DNA of 64,000 nucleotides from Camelus ferus (GCF_009834535.1 NC_045696.1:38256001-38320000); one strand, 5' to 3'; positions 24,817-39,724 are shown, numbered from the stretch's first letter. The notes: generated by a model from the letters alone, not told the origin. A program made the numbers and translations.

Positions 24817-27800
24817 TTTTGTTTTTACTTTTATTTCTGCAGATCCTGCAGTCTCAGATTTCTACGTTGTTCTGAGACCAACTCTGTAAGTGAAGTGGGT
24901 CAAATGTCAGCCATCTTTGGTAAGTTCGACTTAAGCCCAGGCTTTTATCTTTCCTGGTTCTCAGTTTCTTTTCACTTGGAACTCTATTCCTCATGTTCTT
25001 ACACCTGTTCCACAATACATTGGGACCCTCTTTCCTCACTTCTTTACCCATTGGGCATCTTAAACACTGACAACAAGGGAACTTGTGTCTTCGTTCTTCC
25101 AGTTCTGACATCCTGACAAGTCATGTGCCCTTGTACCCTGTCATACCCCCTTTTAAAGAACATCTTGTGTCTTTGCAGCTTTGTCTACAATTTCCAGTTA
25201 CACCATTTGTTCTTTGTCTTAATTTTCTATGTTGCTTCTTGTGGTCATAAGACTATATAGCAGCAGCAAAATCCTACAGTAGTTGGTTTAGGACAACCAT
25301 TGAGTTAGGAAGTAAAGAGTTTTCAAGATACCTTTTTTTCCTAAAAAGTTTAGAGTATGTATAGAAAGTGTCGAATTTGGGTCACTGGAAATAAATAGGA
25401 GAAACTAGGTAAGAAAAGAGTTTATGAGAAAGGACACAGGCTCTGAAAGGATAAGATTATTAGGTCTAGGTTTGCCAGACACTGAGGTTCCAGATAAATG
25501 ATTCCTGGAATGCTGGTGGAAGTGGTAGCAGCAAAGGAGGAAATAATTGGGTACTAAGAAAATGGAGATATTATGGACAAAAGCAGACCACTAAGTTGGA
25601 TTTATAAAAGATGACTTCCTGGCAGTTGTCCTACTCTTGATGAAATGTCGTGGAAGGTGATAATTAAAGGATCTGCAGAAATGTTTAAAAAAAAGAAAAT
25701 TATAAATAATGTGATTTATGTTATATATCATTCATTAACATGTGTTTAGCACTTTTATAGATGTGTTTGGAAAATTTTACTATAGATACTTTGAATGCAA
25801 ATATTTTAAGATTGGCCATTTAAATATTTTACCTCATTTCCATATTCATAGATATTGTTTGTCTGTTACGTTCAAGGGACTGTTAATGGTGTTGTTCATT
25901 AAATACCCTACTAAAAATTTTAATTTTTATTTCTTTTGATTATTGAGGTTGTAAATTATGATGATGGAAACGTTACAGATCAGATGTATTAGCTTCTGAT
26001 GTCTTGCAGCTATTTCTAAACATTTACTTATTGCTGATAACAGGGGCAAACATTATTTTGATATTTCTCCCCTATTGTTGTTTTATAATTGCCTTATTTT
26101 TCTTTTCTTTGCCTTGGTATTGCTTCCTTTGTATGCATCTTGTGTTTGCATTGATGCTCTTAATTTTAGCATCTTTAATATTCAGTAAAAAATGTCAGAT
26201 TCTAGAGAAGATACAGGGATATTTCATGTTTTTGATTTTCTGTAATTAGTGATTATTTCATTATTGATTTTTAAGATATCCAGTCATCTCTCTCCAAAGG
26301 CATATATCTGGTGTGATTTAACAAAATAATTTATAATATATTCTGAGAAACATACAACCTTGGGAAAATGACAAAGTTCAGTACCATTTAAACAAATAGG
26401 TTGTTTTTTGTTTTCACTTCTATGAATCTATATTACATGTTTATATATAATTTTATTGCAAAGGTCAACTTCATCTTATTTATTTATTTATTTAACAGTT
26501 ACTATTTTTGTCTAGCAATACAGGAATAAAACTAAATCACCACAGAATTTTGCATAATGTTTCAGTTATTTCACCAGGGATTGGCTATGTCCCATTATCA
26601 GTGATGGAGTATGGCAAAATGAAACACTGATTATATGGCTTTTTTATATGATTCAATTTTATATTGCACATTTGTCATATTTTGCATGGTTGGATAGCTC
26701 ATTACTTGTTCCTATACTGAGGTCAGTAAGTAGGGTAAATTTATATTTCATTTTTTTCTATTCATATTTTAGCAATTTTCATTTCATATATTGAAGTAAC
26801 CATATTTATTATTAACTGAGAGAGTCCATGAAGTTCAATGGAATCAGGGGGCAGCTAGGTCTGAGGGTTGGTTGGGTACGAGAGGGTTGTTGTAAAGAGA
26901 GCGAAATAAGTATTTGAATTCTTTTAAAAATTTTACAATAAAGAAAACCATTTTTTTCTATGTTCTTATTGTTGTAAACTGTTGATTTCTTTGAAACTAA
27001 AAGCTATTTATTTGGAGGCACTGTGAGATGAAAGGATCATCTTAATCTGGTTTTAAGGAGATGCCTTTGTTGACGTTAATCTACTATGAGCCAGAAATAA
27101 AGCTTTTGGAGATTAATAAACTGATTGAAGCAGCTGGGAAAGATAAAGAACAGGAATCAAAGGTTTCTTTTGCTTGATATGGATTCAATTAGTGAGCAGT
27201 ATGGTCTAAGGTTTCAGCAGTAGATACAGAGAGATGTTGACAGACAGACTTTTGATGGCAGATATATTTTTTCATGTTCTTTAAACTGGTTGTTTTTGTC
27301 CTGTCGTTATCTTAAAAAAAAAAGTAAATTGGAGAGATTTTTCAGGACAGAGCTTAGTGTCAAGTTAAATTCTTAAAGAATTAGTTTTTAAACTAATATA
27401 GTTCATGTGGGTGAGGATCATGTGGGTACACCACTCAGATAATTAAGGGAAAAAACCCCAATAATTTATTTTAATTTCTTAAGCTAGTATACCAGTTTTA
27501 TAACCTTTGACTTTGCTCTCAAAAATAAGTACCAGCAAAAAATTCTGGCATGAGGAAAAATATATGAATTTTGTTTCATAAATGTATTTCAGTACTTACT
27601 TGATTGATTTTTATTATTTTCTGCTATCTCCCTCTTGGCATTTGAAAGTGGCTAATATTCACATATGAGATATTAAACTGGCTGTACAATATATGCATGT
27701 TTGTCATAAAAATAACAGTATATATTAGTGTTTCACTTAGTAAGTTTATTTATATTTTACCTCTTTACAGACAGGAATGGGGCAACTGATCATAACACTG

Positions 27801-27874
27801 TACTTTCTATGCAAATTAATTTGTAACATTGAAACTAAAGATGGAGTAACTTTAATATATTCTAAATATTACAT

Positions 27875-27948
27875 CTTAAGAAGCCTTCACAGTGCCTTTT
27901 ATGTTAAAGGCACACAATATATATTTTTAATATAAATGAATGAATGAA
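27875..27948 (+). mobile_element. L2 3' terminus
   Basis: cacagtgcctttt...ggcacacaatatatattttt...aaatgaatgaatgaa. Confidence 0.55.
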
Positions 27949-28044
27949 GTTGAACAACATGACAAATCTCAGTGAACTGTGTAACTCAATAGTTATGTTA
28001 TGTGAGTAACTGTAACACTGTGGCCTAAAACCTCAGCTTTCTTA

Positions 28045-28200
28045 ATAGTTAACTCTGGATGCGAGTCGTGAATGTTGATTCTGCTGCTGAATTTGTGCTT
28101 GACCTTGAGCAAGGTCCTGTGTGTCTCTGGGCATATATATATATATCTTCAATCATACAATGTAGGAGTTGTTCTAGATATGATCTGAGCTTCCACTCTC
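28045..28200 (+). mobile_element. MIR/MIR3 fragment
   Basis: tgtgcttgaccttgagcaaggtcc...tctctgggc...ctagatatgatctgagcttcc. Confidence 0.6.
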
Positions 28201-28849
28201 ACGTGGTGTAAGTAGCCCATTTGTTCTTGCACACTCCCACAAATAGCTTGTTAATTACTGAGGATGCCAATCCATCTTTGGATAATTTTAAATACCAGTA
28301 AAGTCTTTCTTATCCTGAGCTAAAGTCTCACTTCCTAAGTTTTGCATTGTTCATTGTGGTAAGTGTGCCCTTGGGTACATTCATAGAAATTATTGATGAA
28401 AGTGGTATACAGGACTGGACAGGGTATTGTGTTATGGTTACACTTTTTAACAACAGAAAAAATCTGTTTGGTCAGTATCTTTTGGACATGGCCATTCAAT
28501 TCGTAGTAATCAATTAATTGTCCTTGTGGTTTAGCTAATATGTCTCCATTGTGCACAGAAGGATATCACAGAAATTTGACAGATGCCTTACCAAGTCCTG
28601 ACTCATTTTGATGGCTGCATTTTCTAGCAAATAAGGACAGGAGAAAGTAGGGAGGGAGAGAAGGAAAAGAAGAAGGGAGGAAGGCAAAAAGGAAGGAATA
28701 AGTTATATAGCTAAGACTTGATAATAATCCATAAGATTCTTTATACTCAAGAATTTTGCTTTTACAAGTATCATTTCCTCTACGCTATCAGTTTATCCAC
28801 GTGCTTAAACATTTCCCCCAAATGTTCTGTAATATCTTCCATGTTTAAA

Positions 28850-30072
28850 ACAATCTTTCTTAATGTTACACTCCTTCACCTCGTCTGTGGTTTGTAGTCA
28901 GTGTCTTTTTTTTTTTTTTGCTTACATTCTCACAATTTTCTCTTACAGTCTTTCTCCACTGAAACTGCTTTTATCAACTCTTAAAATTGTTAACTTTGTG
29001 TTGCCAAATATTTTGGTCAGTTTGCATTTTATTCACCCTCTCAGAAAAGTTCAACAGAATTGGTCACTGTCTCTCCCCTTTAGTTTATATATGCCATCTT
29101 TATTTGACTTCTAGCTTCTTGTACTCCATGTGTTTTCCTTTTATTTTATTGTTCTTTTCTCAGTCAGTAATAACAGGTGATCCCATCTAGTTGGTGGCTT
29201 AAATAACATTAATTTAGCATTGTTATTAAAAAGTTTCATCTTTTTTTCCTCATGTTTCCTCTGAATTCCTGACTTTTGAATCTAACTCTGACATCACCAC
29301 TTAGATGTCTACTGAGAATTCTTAAAGGTCTGTCCAAGATTCCTCTCACATAACAAAAACAAAACGAAACAAAACCCTCTTCCTGAATTGTTCTAGTCTG
29401 AGTAAATTTAAGCCATAATTATCTACCCAATTGTGACTCCTCTGTACTATTAAAATATAAATTCAATTTGAACACTTCCTAACATCTTCACCACTACCAT
29501 CTCAGTCCCGGCCTAGCAATAGCCTGGTAATTGGTCTCTCTTTCTACTTTTTGACTTAATCTCTCCACAGTACCTGCAGTGATCGTTTAAAATTAGATCA
29601 TACCACTGTTTTGCTTGAAACTTTCAATAGCATCTTTCACTCTATGAGAAAAATTCAAAGACTTAATATATCTCCTGAGGGTTCCATGTGAACAGGGCCA
29701 GCCTACCCCTCCAGCCCCACCATCTACCATTCCCTCTGTTGTTCTTTCTGCTCCAGCTATACTAGCCTTCTTCCTAATCTTTGAACTTGCCTTTAAACTT
29801 GTTCTTGTCTAGATCTTAAATGTTCCTTTGCTGAAGTTTTCACATGGCTCCTTCCCACATCGTTTTGCCATTTGCTACTAAATATCACCCAACTTGTCCA
29901 CAGTAGCCTTTCAAATTTATACCTCTTTATTCTCTTACACTCCATTCTGTTCTCCCTAACACTTGTTTATTGTCTGTTTCCACATAACAATGTAAACTCC
30001 AAGTCTATCTTGTTTACCTACCCATGCAGAATTTCTGACTCGTAGAAGGAGCACAGTAATTATTGATTGAAA
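28850..30072 (+). mobile_element. L2 LINE, long 3' portion
   Basis: tctccactgaaactgctttt, acatcaccacttagatgtct, gcaatagcctggtaattggtctc, ctgctccagctatactagccttc; ends attattgattgaa. Confidence 0.8.
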
Positions 30073-30374
30073 TACCGTTGTTTTTCTCTTGAATGAGATA
30101 TCATTCCATTGCATTTATAATATTTTATGCTTCTAAATGACTTATGAATCATTTTATTTTGATATATTTGCTTAAAATATGATCATGACATTTCAACTTT
30201 TTTCTGAAAATAAAGCTGTATTTAGGGGGAAATGCTGATTGCTATTATATTAATATTTTAGCTTTATAAATATTCAACACACATAATTAGAAATATTTAG
30301 TTACAATTTTTGAAATTTTTGATTAAATATAATAGAGTAGATATTATAATCATAAAAATTAAAATATTATTATC

Positions 30375-30497
30375 TATTCTCACCTTGATTATGGTGATGG
30401 TTTCATGGGTATATACATATGTATATATTGTATACATTAAATATTTGCAATTTTTTGTATATCAGTTATACCTCAGTAAAACCATTTAAAAATAAAA
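30375..30497 (+). mobile_element. Old L1 (L1MC/MD-like) 3' terminus
   Basis: cttgattatggtgatggtttcatgggtatatacatatg...ttgtatacattaaata...tcagttatacctcagtaaa, then A-rich tail. Confidence 0.8.
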
Positions 30498-31599
30498 TAC
30501 CAGGAATGAATTAAATATTTAAAACTTGTACTTTGTGAATATAAGTCAGAAAGTGGATTCTATTTTTGTTCATTCAAATTAAATTTTTTATTCAAAGACA
30601 CTAAAGCCCCATCTTATTCTTTTTCAAGTTAATCTCACTTTAATGAAAACACATGGTCATTTTTTTTTAAATGTTGAAAGCTTTAACTTCTTGAAAACAC
30701 TTATGTTAATAGAAAAATTATGGATATATGTAGTAAAATGCACATCAACTTTAAGATAGCAGTTTCCTTTGAGCGTACTCATGGAATAGAGCAGAGGATG
30801 TGACCTTTAGTGGTATTTATAAAAATTTATTTTTTTGAAGCAAAAGATATGGAATTAATAAAATCAGAGTTTAACATTTGTTCAGATGTAGTGCTGGGCA
30901 AATTCTTGTCTGCTTAATATTATTACTTATAACTTTTGATATGTTTTAAATACTTCTAATTTAAAAAACAAACAATTAAAAATAAAAAAATTTATCTTAC
31001 TTTTGTCATTTAAATGAATCTGTAACCTGGTAATGATTGTATAAGTTGAGTTAATTTGCTGTTAAATCTATCATTTTTTTTAACTTTTTAAAGGGTTTTA
31101 AAATACCTCTTTTATTGTATAGATTAAATGTCTTTTTCACATTATTCCTTCCAAAGTCTTTTGTTTTTCTACCTTCTGTTACCTTTATTCTACTGAATAT
31201 AGGCTGTCTCAGTTTAGATGCCTAAGAACTGGAACACAAGAAATCTAAAACAGAAAGTAGTTGTCCGAAATAAATTTAAATAATTTAAACATGGATGGAG
31301 TATACATAAATGAAATACATTTAAAAAGGAAAAAAATAAGATTCATCTTCCAAAAGTTCCTGTTGTTTTTTGTTTGTTTGTTTGTTTTTTAATTTCGTTA
31401 CTGTCAGTGGTATCAATCTTCTCTTTCTTTTTAGAGTTTTTACTTCTGACCCCATTCAGTCAGTCCTTAAGTACACATAATGCAACCCTTTTATGATGCT
31501 TTAGGTTTGGTCTAAAATTTGTTTGCCCTAAAGGAGAGTCCTGTCATGCTGAAGTGAATAAAATTAGTGGGATGTGCCTTCTGAGTAAGTCAGGAACCA

Positions 31600-32112
31600 A
31601 TTGTCAATCAATAGTGAAAACAATAGATTTAGCCTCATGAAATGTATAGACTGGCAGGAGATGGAGAACAGTGAATAGGAAATTACAATATTGTAGGTTA
31701 GATGTGTTGATATGAAAATACCAGCTACTGTGAAATAATGGAGGAAGCACCTACTCCAGTTAAGGAGTTTAAGGAAAACTTCTTAGGATAAGTAGCATCT
31801 AATTGGAGACCTGAAGCCTGGATAGGATTTTGCCAGATGAGAGGTAGAAAGGCAAATTTTTTCAGAAATAATCACAAATCCTGAAGCAGGTGAGATTACA
31901 GTTATTTAAACAATGGAAGCATGCTAGCAGCATGGTTTTGAGAGAGGGAAAGGCAGTGTAAAATGGAACTGGAAAAGTATCCAAGAGGAGTTTTCAAAGG
32001 CCTTGTGTGTGCCACATTAAATAAAAATGGATTTTATTTCAAGGGATAAAATGTGGATTTTATTCCAAGGGAGTGATGTAGTCCAATTTACATTTAAGGG
32101 AGATTACTGTGG
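31600..32112 (-). mobile_element. L2 fragment
   Basis: aaggaaaacttcttagg...attggagacctgaag...ggccttgtgtgtgccacattaa...ggagtgatgtagtccaatttacattt. Confidence 0.65.
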
Positions 32113-32251
32113 CTGCAAAGCCTGCTCCATCTTACTGTATATTATTCACTTTAAATTTGTTTTAGAGAAGAATTCTCTTAATATCCCAAACCTGATCATA
32201 TCCCTCATTTAGCACTTTGCACTTCATCATCAGAGTGCATGTATAAGTGTA

Positions 32252-32289
32252 ATAAAATAGTAAATTGTGGGATAAAATAGTAAATTGTG
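32252..32289. repeat. Local tandem duplication (18-bp unit, 20-bp period)
   Basis: ataaaatagtaaattgtg at 32252-32269 and 32272-32289. Confidence 0.9.
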
Positions 32290-32294
32290 TGATT

Positions 32295-32422
32295 CTCCTC
32301 CTGGATCATAATCTCTGAGATGGTGGACACCAAACTCTCTGGTTTATTGCTGTATCCTCAGCATCTGTCTCAAATCCTTTTATAGAGTATGTGCTCAATA
32401 AGTATATATATTGAATGAATAA
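32295..32422 (+). mobile_element. L2 3' terminus
   Basis: ttgctgtatcctcagcatct...tgtgctcaataagtatatatattgaatgaat. Confidence 0.7.
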
Positions 32423-35400
32423 TCTATAGAGGCCTAATTATCAAGAATAAAATAGTTTTCAAGATTAATTAACAATTTAGCTAAAGATAACTAAAAACTA
32501 GTATTGATTTTAAACTTTTTTTCTCATTCTTACAATGCGTTTAACAAACAATTATCGAGGGCCTTCCTATACTAAGTATTGTGATACAAACTAAGGAAAG
32601 TAAGTGATTAAGTGTGAATAATAAATATTTTTAGAATTAATGGCTACCGTTCAAGCAAGGTATTTTGGAGAGGTACACTCAACAATACTAAATATGCAGC
32701 TAAAAATATAGATTTATTGCTCCTATTCCAACTTAAAAAAAGGTTTTATGTTTTATAAATCTTTTGTATTCCTGAAGCTACATGTCAACTTTTAAGTGAT
32801 TTTTTTATGTCAGTATGGAAAAAATTGCCAGAGCAGGGCTTCTTTTAAAGTATAATTACAGACTTGCTGTTGGTAAGTTGTTAAGAAATTATCCTAAAAA
32901 GAGTAGGAGGTATTGATGAATTGGAAATAGCTACCTTTTACTATTCATAAAAATTGACTTAATTTTCTCGATCAATGATAAGTGATTCTCTGTTTAGGAA
33001 AGTTTTAGGTTGTGTAAAAATAAACGTTTTTGACTGGAAAAGTAAATACAATTTTAGAATCTGTTAATAATTGTGTTTTTAAAAAGACATTCTGCTTATG
33101 ATCAGCAGCCACAAATGTTGTGATAAAAATACCTGAATTCAGAAGGACCTGTTTAGAATTTTGGTTTCCAAACTGGATATATTACATTGAAAAATTTATC
33201 AGGAAATTCATTTCAGCTCTTGAAGTTATAGTTTGTGGTTTAAAAAGAACAGGAGTTACAGACAACCCAACTCAGTTAATTTATGCTGTGCATGAAGAAA
33301 AAAAAGTTTTTTAATCAGATGATTAATATATATTTATGGAGCCTAGAAGAAGCTTAGTCCAGACATGTTCTAGCAATTCTTGTCAAAGAGATTTTGGAGC
33401 AGAACATTTTGTACAGGCTCCCATCAAGAAGGTTAATGTTTGAGCTTATAAAGCAAATGACCCGAGAATCCTACCATGTGATTTGAGTTCTACTTTACTG
33501 AAAAAAAAATTTATGGCTATAAAACTTTTAAATTGTTCATCATTATGTCACTGATACTATAATATTTTATGCTGTCTGCACCAGGGGAAAGTAGGAAGTT
33601 AGTTAACTATTTTGGATTCTTAAAAATGAGTACTTTATAGAGTTAACCATTGTCCTGATTTTATGAAACGGCACTTTGAGAGTTATTTTAGCATTTTCAA
33701 AGATGGTTTACCTCAATTTGTTTTGCCAGTCTTTATTCTAATGATATGGTCAGTTACTTAGTAATATTTCTTACTTGTTTTTAAAAATGTTTAGATTTCA
33801 GCTTATTAGGTGAGGGATGACCAAAAACAAATTGCAGTGATTTGAAAGCATACTGTATGAGTTTTGATTCATTATTTCACATTCTTATCTACTTAATTTT
33901 CTGAATAAAAAGCAAGTTTCTATGAGGGAAAAAGGGTTTCTTTTTTTTTTTTTAACATTACATAATGAATTAAATGTGTTCCTGGATTAATTTTTAAAGT
34001 AAATTAAATAAATGAGGAAATATTATTTTAATAAAATATCTGTCAAAATTTTTTAATGTAAGCAGGCAAATTTTATAGTTAACATAAAACCAAATGTAAG
34101 TTATCCCTCATTCACTATAGTACATTATTCATAAGTAAGATAAGGGCATCAATAGTATGTAGTCATTTTTAATAAGTGTATAATTGAAAAAAATGACCAC
34201 TGTTTGCAAAGTTTAAAGGTATATTAAAATTTTTACACTACTATAAGCAGTAAATAATTAGCACATTGAAAGACTATTCTGAAAACTAGGAAAATATGAT
34301 AAAGTATTATGAACTTCAAAGTTAGAGGATCTTTTTGGGAATGATGATAGCCCTAGATTCAGATTTGAGAGCAAGGAGTAAATTTAAACATCTGTACATA
34401 CAATAAATAATCAAAGAAGTTTTAGGGAAAATTCAATTAAAGTTTATGACAGGATAATAGATTTCATAGAAATTTGTAGAAGTACATTAGGATTATCTAC
34501 AAAGGAATGTTGTCTCTTGCTTAAAAATGATTCATTTAGGCATTTCATTTAATTTAGCTTTAGGGAGTTTTTTTATATTTATGTCTATTTCAATAAGAAA
34601 CTATCTTTCTTCAGTCTACTGAGGCACGGATTATAATTGACTGTAATAACTTTTACGTATTGGGTACTATTTAAAGTTTCATAGATCTAAAAGCCTATGC
34701 CTTTGGCCAAAGTAGAAATGTGTGTCCATCTCTACTAATAATTTTCTTAATATTTTTTCATTTGATAAATCACTTTGCCTCAAGCTCTTTCTGCTAATAA
34801 GTACAGTGTGGATTTTTAAAAAATTTCCCATGCTATTTTGTCCAAGTATCATCCTACTTCATAGAAGAATAAAAGGACTGCATAAAATCATTGTACATTT
34901 CTGAATGTAGGTCTGTAGTTTGTGAAGTTCTGCTTTGCCAGTTCCCCTGGTATTTGATTCAAATAATCATTCAAAAAAAGTTTTTTTTGCTAGTAGCATG
35001 TACAAAACTAAAATCATAGGGAAACAAAATCAACAGAATACATTATCTAAAGTAAGCAAAGATATCCTAAACACTAATCAAAATACTTGCATTACAAATT
35101 AAGAAACAAGGGGAAAGACAACAGAAGTTGATTTTATCTTATGCTTCTCATCACAATAAATAGCTGGTGGAAAAAATATTCCTAAAATTTATCAAAATAT
35201 TTTGTGTTCATGTGAATTTTCTTTATAAGTGATTCATTTTCCTACAACAAAAGATCTTTAAACTTTAAAATAAAACCAAGTTAACTGATGAGAAGAGTGC
35301 AAAGAATTTAAGGGTATAATTCTCATCTATATATTAGATAAATAAGAAAAATTCCCTTCCCTTCTCTACAGTGTAGAGAAAGTAGCAGAAAATATTAAGC

Positions 35401-36659
35401 ACGGTGAAAATATACCTTTGCTTATTCACTTACTCATTTCACAGTGTGTTGACTGAATGCCTATGTAGTGCGGAAGACCTGCTCTTCAGGAGTTTTTAAA
35501 GGCTAGTATCAAACACCTTTGGGTAATTAAGTTCCATTTACAAAAATAAACAAACCTATAAACATATTTCATTTCGTTCTTGTGTTGATATACAGCATTT
35601 CTTATGTGACTTAATTATTCCAGAAACCTTTGAGGACTTCCTGTATAGTTTTATTTATGATTGTGTATGTGTGTGTCTTTAATACATTGTATCTTAATAT
35701 GTATATACATTTTAGGATGCATGTATTTTTGTGTTTCTTCAGGAAGTCCTGCACCTCCCATTTAATAAAATAGCTCCATAAAGTAGCTTCAACTAATAAA
35801 ATTTTTTTGTTCTCTGTAATAAAAATTGGAATAATTAAAATTTAGAGTCATCATGAAATAAAAATAATTTGTTTCAGTTTTGAACAGAATTTGAGGTACA
35901 GGTTTATGTAGTCTTTAAGAGGAAGAAAGTTTTATTTAATCCAAAATTTTATGGATTACCACATGTATTAACTTCAAGACAGCTTCTACCCAGAATTCTT
36001 TAAGGCCATTAATTACCTATATAAGAAAAAGAAAGTACTTCTAATACAGATATCCAACAATACTTTCTTTGTTTAGACTAATTATGTTTTGCTCTAAGAC
36101 TGAGAATTATACATATAACTTTATCTAGAAGATTATTTAGGGAGATATATATGATAAAAACTCAACTGTGATACTTTTACATGTGATTTTAATTTTGTTT
36201 ATGACTAGCACTACAATGAGAACATGTTACTTTCTAAAGGTGATAAAATCATGTGATAATGAAAAATTAGTAAACACTTTTTTCTAGATCGTACATGAAT
36301 AGAGGAACATATTAGTTAACTATGTAAATCATTTTACATGTTTATTTTTCATGTATATTATGATACTGTTTTTCAAATACATTTATTATGTTTGGCTAAT
36401 TTTTTTTTAATTTAAAAAATATCCGGGAAATAAAACATACCATTTTTCAAATCATGCATTTTTATGATGTTTTTCTCCTTATGTAGGTTGTTAAAATATT
36501 CATGATTGTCATGACTGGGCAATGGCTAATCTCTCAATGCCTTTATATAGCTCTTAGATTAGAATAACCAAAGTATACTAAATAAATTAATTTTCAGAAA
36601 GGATTTTGAAATTCATTGAAAACTCCTAACTTTTAATGCATTGTGTGTATATATGTGAT

Positions 36660-37350
36660 AACATAGAAGCCAGTTGAATGGAGCTTCTGTTGGCCAAGAT
36701 TGTGAAAATTTAAGTATCATAAAGAATAATGACTGAAGTTGATTTAAATAAATTGTCTATTAAACTCCTTCAGTCTACCTTGATATGAGAGAGACAGAGA
36801 GAGAAAGTGGAGAAAAAAAAAAGAGTCTTACATTTGATGACAGCTATTACACCAAATGCTTACTCAAAATATTTGTAATTAAAGAAAAGAATTAAGTATT
36901 TAATTTCATTTTCCTGTAGGAACGCTATTTCTGGGTTACCAGATGGCCTCAGTTCATGAGAGACAGTTTTTCATTACAGAATAATTCCTCCTACTAAATA
37001 AAGAAGAAATGATAGAATTAGAAAATCACCATTTTTCAAAACCTAATGGAATAATTAATTCAGCAAAGGTTGTCTGGGATATTAAAGTCACTAGATGAAA
37101 TATTTGGGGAAAAGAATTTTCAGGTTGGAAAAGAGAGACAGCCAAGTGCATGATGTAGACCTTGATTGGTTATGTAGGTAAACTTGAAAATTGACTATAT
37201 TTTTAGATAACACTAAAAAATCACTGTCAATTTTATTAGATATGACAGTGGTATTATGTCTATGTAGGAAACTGTATTTTTCAAAGAATGTGTTTAAGTA
37301 GAATGTTATAGCTGAGATTTACTTTAAAAAATTAAAGTGGTAAAAAATAC
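36660..37350 (+). mobile_element. L1MC-like 3'UTR
   Basis: gaagccagttgaatggagct...ggccaagattgtgaaaatttaagtatc...aaatgatagaattagaaaatcaccattttt...tatgacagtggtattatg. Confidence 0.75.
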
Positions 37351-39724
37351 GATACTTGTAATTAAATGTAAATAATGCAGCTCATGCAACTTTATATCCT
37401 CCTGTATTCTTTCTTATTTTGGGGGAAAATGTTCAAAATCAAATAGCTGAAAAAATGCTAGAGAATACACTTTAATTATCCAACCTACCTTTTGCATTTT
37501 ATTTCTTTATCAAAAATCTATAAAGAGAGAACTTTCCCCCTAGTATTTAACATACATATTTCACATTACTTAAACCACATGAATTATAAATAATGAAAAA
37601 ATGATGAATGTTCAAGAGGATTAATCTAACATTCAGAAAGAAATTAAATTGCCTTAGTACATCTTCTTTCTACTAATAAAATATTTAATTATTAGAATGC
37701 CAGGTTTCCAAAGTCGTAAACTTTTATTTTCTATTCACTTATTGTTACATTTCTTTAGCTAAAGATGTTTATATAAACTTCAGGGTTTTTTTCTACTTTT
37801 AGAATGCGTACTTTACGACAGATAAATACCTAGCTTTTTAGGATTCGTCTGCCTCTACTTCGGTTTTCCTATTTCTCCAAATGAAATTAGTCACATTATT
37901 ACAGAATTATCTTGTAATTCTACAGTTTCATTAACACCTGGCAAGAAATGGGAAAACAGGAGAGATTCAGGATTAAGTTGCAGATCACTGAAAGCAGAGG
38001 CAGTGTGGGACATATGAATGTTTTTTGGAAAAGAAGAATTTAATGTGAAATTATAGGGATACAGAGTAAGTTTATGACTGTACATTTTAACTTGAAATTG
38101 GAGTTAAAGTTAAGTATGTGAAACAATCATCTAGTTGTAGATTGAGGAGTCAGACAAGGGAGAATATAGATACTTGTTTCTGTTTTGGAGTACCATAAAT
38201 AATACTGTGATTATCATCCTGTCATAGATTGGGAAATAACCAGACAACAGTTGTCATTGTTTGTAAGAAATAGGTTTATTTCTATGTTATTTTATGACAA
38301 AATTTTTTATAATAATTGATGGAAAAGGCTGTGAGGTGAGTTGAGGTGACGCAGTATTTTAAAGTAGCAAACAAGTGTAAGATCCCTTATATCAAAAATC
38401 ACATTACTTATTACTGTTTCTACAAATATCAGAATATTATGGCATTTCCTTTTCCATACATTCCTGAGTGCACACACAAACACACACACTCACAGAAGCA
38501 CACGATATTGTCTGCTAGTTTGGTTTTCTTGAAGCAGTTAGCAGAGTCTATGCAGGTGAACTTTTCCAAGGAAAGAACTTTTGCAAAATAAGGATCTACA
38601 GCCAACCACATGAAATCCATAAGGAACAGTAATAATTTAAAGTATTTTCCTCAGTAAGCCTTAAAAGTAGATTTTATTTACATCTGGATAATCTGCAAAC
38701 TTGTTAACTTTTGATACTAATCACTGTTAGAAGTAAGTCATACAAAGGCAGAGGTTTTTATGTGCTTTGCTCACTGCTGTGCCAAAAATTACTTGGCAAA
38801 TATGAACACGAAATTAATAATTACACTTCCATCGGCACCATGTAAGAATATGCTTCACCAAAGCTAGTAAGTTTTAAAAAAAATAGTGTGAAATCCTCTG
38901 GTAAGATTGCTTGGAATGATGCAAATGTGGATACTTAGATACCATACCTTTGGCAAATCGTTCCCATTTATGCACCAAGCTCACCCTCGTAATTTACAAA
39001 CCTGTCCTGCAGACCCACGTTTTTTCAGTTGTTTTTTCTGAACTTTGAACATATAGCATTAACATTGGGTTTTATTACATTAGCCAATTTAATAGACTAA
39101 AACTGTTTTGATTTGCAGTACTTTGCTTGCTAGTTGGTTATTGGAATTGACCACTGGTATTTCTTTTTCATAAATTGTGTGATCATGCCTTTTACTAGCT
39201 CTCAGAATTTCTCCATGGCCCTTGCTTTTTAGCTCTTTCCTATGTCTTTGAACTTCAGTACTTCATATAATTTTAATGACCATTAGCTAAGTATTTCATC
39301 CTTTGAGACCGATTCCATATCTTCATCCTACTCTGCCACATCCAGAAAAAAAATGCAGTATCTACAACCTATCCTAAAAGAGGAATAGCATAAAGAAAAC
39401 AATGATGTTGTAATATTGTATTTATAAAATGTACAAAAGAAACAGAAGCCACCTTATGAACATCACTTGGTAAATTGTAATATTTATACTTTTCAAGAAG
39501 TACTTTAAGATCGTAATTATTTTTTTTTTAATTTGGTGCCCTAGACTTTCAAATAACTCAAATATCTAATATCTTCCAGAATTTAATGCTGTTGTTAATT
39601 CAGCATGAACTGTTCTTCCAACAACTTTACTACTTTTATAACAATTTATAAAATAACTCATATATTTTCAGAACAAATTATATCTGTAATTAAAATCTCT
39701 CAAGTTCATAATTTAAAAAGCAAG

